Shown: piece after piece, positions 19,401 through 29,709 of the stretch
How positions within the stretch are numbered: the first letter of the stretch is position 1
Layout: each line of letters begins with the position of its first letter
Assembly: GCA_963932905.1 (NCBI GenBank)
Contig: CAWVRN010000025.1
Coordinates: 1 to 64,000 of the forward strand
Source of the DNA: an uncultured Bdellovibrio sp.
GTDB taxonomy: Bacteria > Bdellovibrionota > Bdellovibrionia > Bdellovibrionales > Bdellovibrionaceae
Length of the DNA: 64,000 nucleotides
Reading direction: 5' to 3'
The notes under the pieces: model-generated
The model's input: the letters and a program-made list of their open reading frames with translations, nothing else
What the model was told of the DNA's origin: nothing
Database searches by the model: none
Translations under genes and position numbers: made by a program

Positions 19401-20029
19401 AGGTAGGCGTCGTTACTTTCCCTGGAACGAATTGTGATCAAGACGTCGTCAAGATGTCACAAGTGCATGGTTATCAGGTTGTTCCGTTGTGGCACAAAGA
19501 TCGATTCGATATTAAATCAGTTGAGATGGTGATTGTGCCAGGTGGATTTAGTTACGGAGATTACTTGCGATGTGGTGCTTTAGCTGCGCGTTCAGCGGTG
19601 ATGGCATCCGTGAAAGAATTGGTAAAAACAGGTAAGCCTGTGCTTGGTATTTGCAATGGTTTTCAAATACTTTGTGAAACCGGTTTGCTTCCAGGTGTTC
19701 TAGTAAGAAATGATCATGGTCGTTTTACAGACAAGTGGATCGAGATTGAAACTGTAAATTCAACTCAGCATTTTGCGAAATCAAATAAGAAAAAATTAAA
19801 ACTACCAGTGGCACATGGCGAAGGACGCTTTTTTGCTGAAAAATCGGAATTAGAAAAAATTGAAAGCCAAGGTCAAGTTTGGTTTCGTTATACAGAAAAT
19901 ATCAATGGATCATTGAATAATATTGCTGGGGTAATGAATAAAGAAAAAAATGTAGCGGCATTAATGCCTCATCCAGAGCGAGCCATGTTTGATTGGATGG
20001 GTGGTAGTGATGGATTTAAGTTTATCTAA
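19397..20029 (+). CDS. purQ: FGAM synthase glutaminase subunit
   Basis: FPGTNCD, PGGFSYGDYLR, GICNGFQ, MPHPER. Confidence 0.98.
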   Translation: MKVGVVTFPGTNCDQDVVKMSQVHGYQVVPLWHKDRFDIKSVEMVIVPGGFSYGDYLRCGALAARSAVMASVKELVKTGKPVLGICNGFQILCETGLLPGVLVRNDHGRFTDKWIEIETVNSTQHFAKSNKKKLKLPVAHGEGRFFAEKSELEKIESQGQVWFRYTENINGSLNNIAGVMNKEKNVAALMPHPERAMFDWMGGSDGFKFI

Positions 20030-20056
20030 ACGATAGTTTGTGATTGGGAGCTATTT

Positions 20057-22171
20057 ATGGCGGAGCGGACGTTGACTGAAAAATTAAAACATTATCGTAT
20101 TTCTCAAAATGAATACGAGCGCATCACTGGTCTTTTGGGGCGTCCCCCGCAAGGTTTGGAATGGGCGTTGTTTTCTGCGTTGTGGAGTGAACATTGTTCT
20201 TATAAAAGTTCAAAAGTACACTTACGCAAGTTTTCCTACCGTAATGGAATGACTCGCGATGATTCTGACGAAAATGCAGGTGTCGTCGATATTGGTTTTG
20301 GCGAGAAAATAGTTTTTAAAATGGAAAGTCACAACCACCCTAGTTTTATCGAACCGTATCAGGGAGCTGCGACGGGAGTCGGTGGAATCTTGCGTGATAT
20401 ATTTACGATGGGCGCTCGACCCATTGCTTTGGCTGATTATCTTTGCTTCGGTGATGAAAATGCACCTCGCATGAAAAGTCTGGTTAAGGGAGTCGTTTCT
20501 GGTATCAGTGGTTATGGCAACTGTGTTGGGGTCCCAACGATTACAGGCTATACAGAATACGATGAAAATTATAATAAAAATATCTTAGTCAATGCGATGG
20601 CGGTTGGTTTGCTTGAAGGACAAATGCAGTTGGCCAGCAGCAAAGCTGAAGGTGTCGGTAACTTAGTTGTGTATGTTGGGGCGAAGACGGGCAAAGATGG
20701 TGTCCATGGGGCCGCTATGGCCAGTGAATCTTTTGACCAAGACATTGATAGCAAAAAACCAAATATTCAAATTGGTGACCCGTTCTTAGAAAAACTACTC
20801 ATTGAATCATGCTTAGAAGTTCTTTCTAAGAATCTAGTCGTTTGCATGCAAGACATGGGTGCGGCTGGTTTAACATCAAGCACGTTCGAAATGGCTTCTA
20901 AAGGTAAAGTCGGAATGGATTTGCATTTAGACAAAGTACCACAGCGGGATTCTTCAATTACTCCGGAAGAAATTTTGTTATCAGAAAGCCAAGAACGTAT
21001 GGTTCTGGTGTGTGTACCGAAAAATTTAGAGGCGATTCAAGCTGTATTTAAAAAATGGGATTTGGATGCGGCACCGATTGGAACTATTACAGATTCAAAA
21101 AAAATGCGACTTTTCTGGAAGGGGGACGTCGTTACAGAAATTGATCCGACACTCATTACTGATTCAGCACCTCGCTATGAACGTCCCTATACAGCTTACA
21201 AATCAAAAAACAAAAAAGATAAAATTAAACCTGTTTTTAATCATGATCAAACGCAGATGTTAGAAACTTTGAAACAGAATGCGTTTTTTAAAAATAAAAA
21301 CTGGATATACGAGCAGTATGATCAGCGTGTCGGAACTAGAACTGTAAAAGATGCGTCGAATACGTTAAGCGTTGTGCGGTTAAATTCCCGTCGTGATTTA
21401 GCGATTTCGGTTGGATGTCGTCCTTCATTTATGAGACTGGACACGCGCATAGGTTCCATCGATGCCATTATGTATCCCGCTCTACAGCAGGCAGTTAAAG
21501 GGTTTAAGCCCATCGCAATCACAGATTGTTTAAATTTTGCAAATCCAGAGCGAGTAGAGGTGATGACTGACTTTGTGACGACATGTGATCTTTATGCGGA
21601 AATGGCGCAAAAGTTAGATGCTCCTATTATCTCGGGCAATGTCAGTTTTTACAATGAAACCGAAGGAAAGGGAATTACACCGACACCAGCTGTGGGGGTT
21701 GTCGGATTAAAAGAGAATGAGCAGCGCATCCCAGACTGTGTATTTACAGAGGCGGAGCTAACTGTGTACTTGGTTCAAATGCCTGGTATTGTTAGCTATG
21801 CAAAAACAGCTGAAGTATTGAAAAAAGAAATGTCATTTAGTGGTGATTTGTCGGTAGGTTATTTGGCAGATTTAGTAACTTCGCTGGCAGCTTTTGTTTC
21901 TAGAGCAAAGCCACAAGTTAGTCGTGTTGTAGGGCAGGGTGGACTAGCTGTAACACTCGACAAAATGAAGTCGGCAGGTTTTGAATGTGCCATTGAAGTG
22001 GATAGTAGCCATTTGTTTAGCAGTTCAAGTTTTTTATTTGAAGAGCGTCTTTATGATTTTGTTTTTGCAGTGGAAAGAAACCACCGTAATTCGTTCGAAA
22101 AAGAATTAGATGAATTGGTGAAAAAATGGAACTTAGTTTCGTACGTGCTTGGTAGCAGTCGAAAGGGGTAG
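20057..22171 (+). CDS. purL: FGAM synthase subunit (small PurL)
   Basis: WSEHCSYKSS, ESHNHPS, QDMGAAG, SESQERM, GNVSFYNE. Confidence 0.98.
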   Translation: MAERTLTEKLKHYRISQNEYERITGLLGRPPQGLEWALFSALWSEHCSYKSSKVHLRKFSYRNGMTRDDSDENAGVVDIGFGEKIVFKMESHNHPSFIEPYQGAATGVGGILRDIFTMGARPIALADYLCFGDENAPRMKSLVKGVVSGISGYGNCVGVPTITGYTEYDENYNKNILVNAMAVGLLEGQMQLASSKAEGVGNLVVYVGAKTGKDGVHGAAMASESFDQDIDSKKPNIQIGDPFLEKLLIESCLEVLSKNLVVCMQDMGAAGLTSSTFEMASKGKVGMDLHLDKVPQRDSSITPEEILLSESQERMVLVCVPKNLEAIQAVFKKWDLDAAPIGTITDSKKMRLFWKGDVVTEIDPTLITDSAPRYERPYTAYKSKNKKDKIKPVFNHDQTQMLETLKQNAFFKNKNWIYEQYDQRVGTRTVKDASNTLSVVRLNSRRDLAISVGCRPSFMRLDTRIGSIDAIMYPALQQAVKGFKPIAITDCLNFANPERVEVMTDFVTTCDLYAEMAQKLDAPIISGNVSFYNETEGKGITPTPAVGVVGLKENEQRIPDCVFTEAELTVYLVQMPGIVSYAKTAEVLKKEMSFSGDLSVGYLADLVTSLAAFVSRAKPQVSRVVGQGGLAVTLDKMKSAGFECAIEVDSSHLFSSSSFLFEERLYDFVFAVERNHRNSFEKELDELVKKWNLVSYVLGSSRKG

Positions 22172-22173
22172 TC

Positions 22174-23544
22174 ATGAAAGAGGCACAGGACGGTTTTCGC
22201 GAAGAGTGCGCAGTGTTCGGCATTTGGAATCATGAAGAAGCCAGTCGAATGACTTACCTGAGTTTGTACGCCATGCAACATCGCGGACAAGAGTCAGCCG
22301 GAATCGTCACACTGAATGAGGGTGAGCATCTGATCCATAAAGGTCTAGGCTTAGTCGGCGATGTTTTTTCTGAAGAAGAGCTGAAGCGATTAAAAGGCAA
22401 AGCGAGTATTGGACACACTCGCTATTCAACAACGGGTCAGAATTTGTTGGCCAATGCGCAACCATTTCATGCTGAGCTTGTGCGTGGTCCGGTAGCCGTG
22501 GCTCATAATGGAAATGTTGTGAATCATAAGACTTTAAAGTCTAAGTTGCGATCTTCGGGTGCAATTTTTCAAGGTACTAGCGACACAGAAATATTTCTAC
22601 ATTTGTTATCTAAAAACCAAGATATTCCCATAATCGATGCGCTCAAACTGGCGCTGCCAACGGTTGAGGGCGCGTTTAGTTTAGTTTTCCTAACTCAAAA
22701 GAAATTAATTGCTTTGCGTGATCCTTGGGGTTTTCGACCACTTTGCATTGGTAAGCTTGATAACAGTTGGGTTGTTGCCAGTGAAACATGTGCATTTGAT
22801 TTGATTGGTGCTACCTATATTCGTGATGTAGAGCCGGGTGAAATTGTATCAATGGATGACGATGGTTTGCAGTCGACTTTTTATGCGAAAAAAGAAACTA
22901 AAGCTCAGTGCGTGTTTGAGCATGTATACTTTGCTCGACCGGATTCAAAAGTCTTTGGAATCAGTGTTTACGAGTCCCGACGCAATTTAGGAAAAATTTT
23001 AGCCCGGGAATCGGCAGTTGAGGCGGACCTAGTAATCCCCGTGCCCGATAGCGGAACCCCTGCAGCCATAGGATACTCGCAAGAAAGTGGAATTCCGTTT
23101 GAGTTTGGTATTATTAGAAATCACTATGTGGGACGTACGTTCATTCAGCCCTCGCAAAGTATTCGCGATTTTGGTGTGAAAATTAAGTTGAATCCTCAAT
23201 CTGAAATATTGCGAGGTAAGCGAGTTATCGTGATTGATGATTCTTTGGTGCGTGGTACAACCAGTAAAAAAATTATTAATTTAATTCGCAGTGCTGGGGC
23301 TAAAGAAATCCATTTTCGGATTGCCTCCCCTCCGACGGTAAGTCCGTGTTACTATGGTGTCGATACGCCTCAAAAAAATCAATTGATTGCTTCTTACCGT
23401 ACCCAAAAAGAAATCCAAGATTATGTGGGCGCTGATTCGCTGGCCTATTTGTCAATGGAAGGTTTGTATAAATCAGTCAATGGCGACAATAAAAAGTTTT
23501 GTGCGGCTTGTTTCGGAGAGAAGTATCCAACCGCGATAGAATAG
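22174..23544 (+). CDS. purF: Amidophosphoribosyltransferase
   Basis: EECAVFG, QHRGQE, GHTRYST, VIDDSLVRGTT, CAACF. Confidence 0.98.
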   Translation: MKEAQDGFREECAVFGIWNHEEASRMTYLSLYAMQHRGQESAGIVTLNEGEHLIHKGLGLVGDVFSEEELKRLKGKASIGHTRYSTTGQNLLANAQPFHAELVRGPVAVAHNGNVVNHKTLKSKLRSSGAIFQGTSDTEIFLHLLSKNQDIPIIDALKLALPTVEGAFSLVFLTQKKLIALRDPWGFRPLCIGKLDNSWVVASETCAFDLIGATYIRDVEPGEIVSMDDDGLQSTFYAKKETKAQCVFEHVYFARPDSKVFGISVYESRRNLGKILARESAVEADLVIPVPDSGTPAAIGYSQESGIPFEFGIIRNHYVGRTFIQPSQSIRDFGVKIKLNPQSEILRGKRVIVIDDSLVRGTTSKKIINLIRSAGAKEIHFRIASPPTVSPCYYGVDTPQKNQLIASYRTQKEIQDYVGADSLAYLSMEGLYKSVNGDNKKFCAACFGEKYPTAIE

Positions 23545-23622
23545 AGACAGTGACAGCTGATCGGCTAAAAATGCCGCTTCTTTACCTTTCGGCGTACTGA
23601 TTGCAGTGTAGTCTTCAGTGCG

Positions 23623-23650
23623 GACACCAAACGAATTTGGGGTCATTTTT
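23623..23650 (+). terminator. Probable terminator of the pur operon
   Basis: gacaccaaa-cgaa-tttggggtc followed by attttt. Confidence 0.55.
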
Positions 23651-23729
23651 ATATATTAAGCAGGCCTGTTTTGCCACAGTCTATTAAGGTAGTTGAGGCG
23701 ATAACGAACAGCTCGTTAAGGAGGGTAAG

Positions 23730-24236
23730 ATGAAAGAAGCGGTAACAACTGACATTGCTCGTTTTGCAAAAATCATTAAGGATATCAAGTTTGCCATGCT
23801 AACTACGCGAGAGGTGGGTGGGAATACTTTGGTGAGTCGTCCGATGACATTGCAGCAAATGGAATTCGATGGAGATCTGTGGTTTTTTGCAGCCTGGGCT
23901 TCCGAACTAGTTAATCAAATCGAGAACAACCCTTATATTAATTTAGCGTTTTCAAACCCTAAAGATTTATCGTTCCTCTCCGCACAAGGTGTAGCGGAAA
24001 TAACAACTGATGAAGAAAAAGCGAAAGAGTTATGGAATCCAGCGTATAAAGCCTGGTTTCCGGAAGGTTTGGATGATCCTAATTTGTGTTTAATTAAAGT
24101 AAAAATTGAAAGCGCAGACTACTGGAGGTCGCCTGATTCTGCTCTTGTTCGTTTAGTTGGATTTGCGACGGCGATACTAACAGGTCAAAAGGCAAATTCG
24201 GCGCTAGGTAGGCAAGGTCATCTAGAAATTAACTAG
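23730..24236 (+). CDS. Pyridoxamine 5'-phosphate oxidase-like / general stress protein 26 family
   Basis: SRPM, DGDLWFF, LWNPAYKAWFPEGLDDPNL. Confidence 0.88.
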   Translation: MKEAVTTDIARFAKIIKDIKFAMLTTREVGGNTLVSRPMTLQQMEFDGDLWFFAAWASELVNQIENNPYINLAFSNPKDLSFLSAQGVAEITTDEEKAKELWNPAYKAWFPEGLDDPNLCLIKVKIESADYWRSPDSALVRLVGFATAILTGQKANSALGRQGHLEIN

Positions 24237-25917
24237 GTGGAGGAGTGAATTTATTAAAAATCAAATTCACTTGAGTCTGAGGCGCATCAAAATTAAATTT
24301 TAAAGTGCCTTGGTGTTCTTCCATAATTGACTTAGAAATGCTAAGACCTAGTCCCGTGCCTTTACCAACAGACTTCGTGGTAAAGAATGGGTTCAAGATT
24401 TTTTCTTGCGACTCTTTTTCGATTCCTTTTCCTGTATCGGTTATTACGATAGTAAATTGCTGATTTGTAACTAATGTGTTGATTTCAATAAAATCAACTG
24501 AGTGATATTCAGCGTTCTGATATAGGTTTCTTTTTTCTACAATGGCATCATAAGCATTGTTCAAAATATTTAAAAGCACCTGCGAGATTTGAACAGCTCG
24601 GCATAAAATAAAAGCATCCGTATTGTAGTTCTTTTTAACATCAATATTTGAATTTTTAAAACGGCTTTCGCAAATGAATAAAGTTTCATCGATGATCTGT
24701 TTAGCGGAAACATAGTCAAATGGATCATGAGACCCTTCGCGGGCAAACGACCGTAAGCCTTTGATAATTTTGGTTATTCTTATTGTCATTAAGTCGATTT
24801 TGCTCGTCAAACGATCGACATCGGAGCGGATATTTTCAGGAAGCGAGGGCCCCAGGCGACTGAGTTGACGAGTTGACCCCTGAATTATAGTGAGTGGATT
24901 GTTGATTTCGTGAGCGATACCGGACGACATCTCGCCTAAAGATGCCATTTTGGATGATTCAATTAATTTTATGTTTTGCTCAGCTATTTTTCGCTCATTG
25001 CTACGCTTTTCATCAATATCTAAACTCAGAATCATTATTTTGTTTTCATGGAGTTTTTTTAGGACGACCCAGAATGTTTTTTGGCCAGAAGATGTCATTA
25101 GGTCAGTTTCGAATTCTTCGTCAGATCGAATGGATACTTCGAAAAGTTTAATGCGATCTATCAACGCCTGATTGATATGGTGTAAACCAAGACTGTCGTT
25201 GTTGATATTTAGAGAGGTGTCTCCCATCAAAGAAATAAGTTTTTGATTCCTATAAAGATAGCGGCCGTTTTGTACCAATGAAATTGCCCCTGGGAAACCT
25301 TCTAAGATCTGAATTAAGTCTTGTTGGCGATTGTAAATTTCGGAGTAAAACAACGCTGTTTTGCTCCGAAGTACTGTAATAAAAAAGAAAAACAAAACTC
25401 CAACTAGAAGAAAAATGATTCGCCCAGATACTGAATTTTGAGTAACAACGCTGGATAGTGATAGTGAAACTAAAATCGGTGTGCAGTAAAAGAAAAAATC
25501 ACGTTTAGAAATTCCGATATTAAATAATGAGGATGCAATCAGTCCGCTTGCTAAAAAATATACAAACGGATTCCAAAAATTGGAATCGATTCTCAAAAAC
25601 GCGGGAAGTCCGATGATGATAGCCCAGCAAAACCCTGTAGTTCCAACGAGAAGGCTGAAGTAATTTAGGTCTTGCTTCAATTGTTGATGGGAAAGAGTGG
25701 GATAAGCCCGGTGATAAGATTTTTTATAAAAACGAACTCTAAGAGCAAAAAGAATTACGAAAAGCGTATACACTAAAATATGAGGGAACGACAACGAAGA
25801 GGTGATTAAGGTTATAGCAAAAACGATAACAGCTAGCGCTGTATTCACCCAAGTCGATGGACCTAGACGATCGATAAGGTGCTGAAGGGTGTATCTTTGG
25901 TATTCGATGCTGTTCAT
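24229..25917 (-). CDS. Membrane sensor histidine kinase
   Basis: Multiple TMs; SLGEMSSGIAHEINNPL, DTGKGI, PFFTTK..GKGTGLGLS. Confidence 0.93.
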   Translation of the reverse strand: MNSIEYQRYTLQHLIDRLGPSTWVNTALAVIVFAITLITSSLSFPHILVYTLFVILFALRVRFYKKSYHRAYPTLSHQQLKQDLNYFSLLVGTTGFCWAIIIGLPAFLRIDSNFWNPFVYFLASGLIASSLFNIGISKRDFFFYCTPILVSLSLSSVVTQNSVSGRIIFLLVGVLFFFFITVLRSKTALFYSEIYNRQQDLIQILEGFPGAISLVQNGRYLYRNQKLISLMGDTSLNINNDSLGLHHINQALIDRIKLFEVSIRSDEEFETDLMTSSGQKTFWVVLKKLHENKIMILSLDIDEKRSNERKIAEQNIKLIESSKMASLGEMSSGIAHEINNPLTIIQGSTRQLSRLGPSLPENIRSDVDRLTSKIDLMTIRITKIIKGLRSFAREGSHDPFDYVSAKQIIDETLFICESRFKNSNIDVKKNYNTDAFILCRAVQISQVLLNILNNAYDAIVEKRNLYQNAEYHSVDFIEINTLVTNQQFTIVITDTGKGIEKESQEKILNPFFTTKSVGKGTGLGLSISKSIMEEHQGTLKFNFDAPQTQVNLIFNKFTPPPS

Positions 25918-25985
25918 AGCGTTGGCTTTTATCTGTTAGAGAAGGACATTGTTGTTCCTTTTTAGTTAAAAATTATTCATAATAG

Positions 25986-26912
25986 ATGGGTATGTCAACA
26001 CGAGCTAAAAATGAAATCAATGTCGCTGTCGTTGCCCCTGGGTTTTCTCCTTCTCTAGAAGTTCAAAAGAAATTCAAGGAATTTGCTGGCAGGCATGATG
26101 GGTTTAACTTTATTTTCCCTCCGCGTCTTATTCAAAAAAATCCTTTGTTCTCTAATGATGAAACAAAGCGCGCTGAGTTTTTGGTGAATGCTCTTCATGA
26201 TGATAAAGTGGATGTTATTTGGTGTTTGCGAGGCGGGTATGGATCGCTTCCCTTGCTAAAGTACCTAAAGATGATAGTTAAGCCTAAAAAACAAAAAACT
26301 ATAGTAGGGCTAAGCGACATTACATCGTTGCACTTATTTGTGAATGAGTTTTGGGGCTGGACGTCGATCCACGGTTCTAATTTAGATCGCTGGATATCAG
26401 ATCAGCTGCCAAAGCCAGTTTTGAAAGAACTTACGTCTATAATAAAGAATGAAAGCGATACGAGTATTTATAAAAACCTTAAGCCGGTTAATGATTTAGC
26501 AAGACAAGTTAAATCAATTAAGGCGCCGATGACCGGGGGGAACCTTGTGACATTGACCAGTCATTTAGGCACTCCATTTCAAACCAGTTTTAAAAACCGA
26601 TTTTTATTTATCGAAGAAATTGGTGAACGGGCGTATCGAATTGATCGCTGTTTAACTCAGTTAAGCTTATCGGGAGTCCTTAATGGATGCCGGGGGATTG
26701 TGTTTGGCCAGTTCACAGCATGCAACGAACCCAATGGTAAAAAGCTATGGCCATGGGTAGTTCGTGAATGGGCAAAGAATCTTGAAATCCCAGTCTATAG
26801 TGGGGCTCCCAGTGGGCATGAAAAAGCCCAGTGGCCGCTGAGTTTTGGGACACCGGCTGAAATTAAAATAGTTAATGACCGCTGCCATTTAATCATCGAA
26901 AATAAAAGATAG
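25986..26912 (+). CDS. ldcA: LD-carboxypeptidase (peptidase S66)
   Basis: RGGYGS, GLSDITSL, GGNL, EEIGERAYRIDR, SGH. Confidence 0.93.
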   Translation: MGMSTRAKNEINVAVVAPGFSPSLEVQKKFKEFAGRHDGFNFIFPPRLIQKNPLFSNDETKRAEFLVNALHDDKVDVIWCLRGGYGSLPLLKYLKMIVKPKKQKTIVGLSDITSLHLFVNEFWGWTSIHGSNLDRWISDQLPKPVLKELTSIIKNESDTSIYKNLKPVNDLARQVKSIKAPMTGGNLVTLTSHLGTPFQTSFKNRFLFIEEIGERAYRIDRCLTQLSLSGVLNGCRGIVFGQFTACNEPNGKKLWPWVVREWAKNLEIPVYSGAPSGHEKAQWPLSFGTPAEIKIVNDRCHLIIENKR

Positions 26913-26920
26913 CGGATAAT

Positions 26921-27985
26921 ATGAAATACTCAGTTTTAGAAAAAACATTAATCAAAAATATCGAAGATAACATTAAAGACGTAACACCGGGCGTGTTAGT
27001 TCGCGCTTATCAAAATGGTCGTTTGGTTTGTGATGTAGGTGTTGGTTCAACCTACGCGTACTATGATTTAGCTAGCTTGACTAAAATCATTTTTACAGTG
27101 CAGACAATGATGCATGCTTTTGAAGAAGGAAAATGGCAAGTCGATTCAAAAGTCAGTCAATTCTTAAGCTGGTATCCTCATAAGGAAACTAAAATCACAG
27201 AACTTCTCAATCACTCGGCGGGGTTAGTTTGGTGGAAACCATTTTATAAGGATTTGAATTTATCAGATACGTGGCAAAAACGCCGCGAAGATTTGCGCAA
27301 GATGATTGCAGATATTCCCATGACACCATCAGAGGTCAGTGTGTACAGTGATGTTGGATTTTTGGTGTTGGGTTTTGTTTTGGAAGAATTCTACAAAATG
27401 GATTTGGTGAGTCTTTGGAATAAAATTAAAGATCAATACTATCCGGGTACGACATTAGAGTTTCATCCACGTAACCAGACAACCATTCGCGCCAGCCTAT
27501 TTGCGCCCACTGAAGAATGTCCGTGGCGTAAAAAGTTATTACAAGGCGAAGTTCACGACGAAAACACTTGGGCGCTGGGCGGAGTTTCCACTCACGCCGG
27601 TTTGTTTGGCAGCATTGATGATCTGGGGTGGTATTCGCTTCATTTGCGTTCTCAGCTGATGGGGATCGCCCGTTATTTTATCAAACAAAAGACCACTCAG
27701 TTCTTTACTAAACGTTCACGACCTGAAGGTAAGGGAGATTGGGCACTTGGGTATATGTTGCCAACACCAGGATCAGCCAGTTGTGGTGGTTATTTTTCAT
27801 TGAATTCGATTGGACATACTGGATTTACCGGCACGTCAGTTTGGTATGATCCAAAATCAGATTTATCAGTGGCCATATTAAGCAATCGCCTTGTATATGG
27901 GCGTGAAACAAATCGTTTTGCTAATTTACGTCCACAAATTCATAATTGGATTGTTGAAGGTTTAAGGAAATCATCGTTAGGGTAA
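26921..27985 (+). CDS. Beta-lactamase-fold serine hydrolase (AmiE-like)
   Basis: YDLASLTK (SxxK), YSDVGF, GEVHDEN, HAGLF, GHTGFTGTS. Confidence 0.9.
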   Translation: MKYSVLEKTLIKNIEDNIKDVTPGVLVRAYQNGRLVCDVGVGSTYAYYDLASLTKIIFTVQTMMHAFEEGKWQVDSKVSQFLSWYPHKETKITELLNHSAGLVWWKPFYKDLNLSDTWQKRREDLRKMIADIPMTPSEVSVYSDVGFLVLGFVLEEFYKMDLVSLWNKIKDQYYPGTTLEFHPRNQTTIRASLFAPTEECPWRKKLLQGEVHDENTWALGGVSTHAGLFGSIDDLGWYSLHLRSQLMGIARYFIKQKTTQFFTKRSRPEGKGDWALGYMLPTPGSASCGGYFSLNSIGHTGFTGTSVWYDPKSDLSVAILSNRLVYGRETNRFANLRPQIHNWIVEGLRKSSLG

Positions 27986-28013
27986 TAGGGGAGCAAATGG
28001 ATTTAGGTGCTAA

Positions 28014-29444
28014 ATGGATCTAAAGAGTGGAAGTCATGTATACTTAATGGGAATTTGTGGAACAGCTATGGCATCACTTGCCGGCCTATTGGAAGCAAAG
28101 GGCTTTCAAGTTTCAGGATCTGATTCAAACCCCTATCCTCCGATGTCTACGCAGTTAGAAAGCTTAGGTGTTAAGATCAAAACGCCATATAAGGCAGAAA
28201 ATTTAAATCCAAAACCAGATTTTGTAGTCGTTGGAAATGTAATTTCGGCAAATAATCCAGAAGCGGTTGAATTGATGAAGTTAGGAATTCCCTATTCATC
28301 CTTGCCAAAATCATTAGGTGAAATGATTTTAAAAAACCATTCTACCATCTGCATTTCTGGAACTCATGGTAAAACCACAACGACTTCGATGATGTCGTGG
28401 GTTTTGGAATCCGCTGGTAAAAAACCCGGTTTTCTGATTGGTGGTATTCCTAAAAATTTCAATAATAGCTTTCGCAATCCCGAAAAAGATTCTCCATTCT
28501 TCGTTATTGAAGGAGACGAATATGACACAGCTTTTTTTGATAAGGTTCCCAAGTTTGTTCACTATCATCCAAAGCACGTAATATTAACTAGTATTGAATT
28601 TGATCATGCCGATATCTATAAAGATTTAGATGCTGTGAAAGCCGCGTTTCGAAAATTGTTGAAGTTAATACCGGTTAATGGATCGCTGATTTACCACCAA
28701 AAAGAAAAAAATATCAAAGATTTATTGAGTGATGCTAATACCGCCAACATCTATAGCTATGGCTTTGAAAACATAGACGGCGATACCCACGCACGCTGTG
28801 AAGTCACTTCTGTCACAGAAAAAGAAACAGAGTTTAAAGTAGTCTTCAAAGGCCAAACATTAGGTCCCTATCATTTGCACCAACCAGGGGATTACAACGT
28901 GTTAAATGCAACTGCAGTGGCTTTGCAGGCGCATTTATTAGGGGTCGATAGCGGTATTATTCAAAAGGCGCTTGATGGGTTCTTGGGGGTTAAACGCCGT
29001 CAGGAAATATTGGGTGAGCCCGGTGGTCGTTTAGTGATCGAAGATTTTGCTCATCATCCAACAGCTGTGATGGAAACTCTAAAAGGGATCAAGAAGAAAT
29101 ACCCCGCAAAAAAACTAATTGCTATCTTTGAGCCAAGATCGGCCACGAGTCGCCGTAAAGTTTTCCAAAAGGACTATGCAGCGGCATTTCAATCCGCAGA
29201 GAATGTTCACCTGATGCAAGCATTTGATACATCAAAAATTGCTGAAGATGATCGATTTTCTGTTGATGAATTGATTCAGGATCTGAATAAAACGAAATCG
29301 CAACCATGGGCGGTAGCTCACACTAATGTTGAATCTATCGTTAAGCAAGTTCGCCAAGAATCTAAAGCTGGGGATTTGATTGTTATCATGAGTAATGGTG
29401 GTTTTGACGGTATTTATGATAAGCTGATGAGTGCTTTGAAGTAA
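28014..29444 (+). CDS. mpl: Murein peptide ligase
   Basis: GICGTAMASLA, YPPMST, GTHGKTTT, EGDEYDTAFFDK, DFAHHPTA, MSNGGFDG. Confidence 0.95.
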   Translation: MDLKSGSHVYLMGICGTAMASLAGLLEAKGFQVSGSDSNPYPPMSTQLESLGVKIKTPYKAENLNPKPDFVVVGNVISANNPEAVELMKLGIPYSSLPKSLGEMILKNHSTICISGTHGKTTTTSMMSWVLESAGKKPGFLIGGIPKNFNNSFRNPEKDSPFFVIEGDEYDTAFFDKVPKFVHYHPKHVILTSIEFDHADIYKDLDAVKAAFRKLLKLIPVNGSLIYHQKEKNIKDLLSDANTANIYSYGFENIDGDTHARCEVTSVTEKETEFKVVFKGQTLGPYHLHQPGDYNVLNATAVALQAHLLGVDSGIIQKALDGFLGVKRRQEILGEPGGRLVIEDFAHHPTAVMETLKGIKKKYPAKKLIAIFEPRSATSRRKVFQKDYAAAFQSAENVHLMQAFDTSKIAEDDRFSVDELIQDLNKTKSQPWAVAHTNVESIVKQVRQESKAGDLIVIMSNGGFDGIYDKLMSALK

Positions 29445-29446
29445 TA

Positions 29447-29706
29447 GAACTGGCTCCTTAGCTTGCGGCTAAGAAGCTAAATTTTATTGGAAAGACAGTT
29501 GTTTAGTTGAAATTTAAAAGGGCTGTCTTGAAACAGTTTTTCAAAAGAAAAATTATTATCCGAATTAACTCGTAATACATTCGAGTTTCGATCCCTCAAA
29601 AAAAGCGAGCGTGTTGAATCTTTCTGGATTTTAGATAGCACGTTTTAAATTCACTTGATTTGACGATATTTTACTTGGCCTTAGCCGCAGGCTAAGGGGC
29701 CAGTTC
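29447..29706. mobile_element. MITE-like element, copy 1 (260 bp, 27-bp TIRs)
   Basis: gaactggctccttagcttgcggctaag ... cttagccgcaggctaaggggccagttc; about 10 substitutions and no indels relative to copy 2. Confidence 0.9.
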
Positions 29707-29709
29707 AGT

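Noticed and set aside
26921..27985. Beta-lactam resistance gene
   Set aside because: No signal peptide, and the ldcA-mpl context points to peptidoglycan recycling.
29447..29706. Repeat interpreted as a CRISPR array or RNA gene
   Set aside because: No repeat-spacer periodicity, no cas genes and no tRNA fold. Differences between the copies do not covary in the internal stem.
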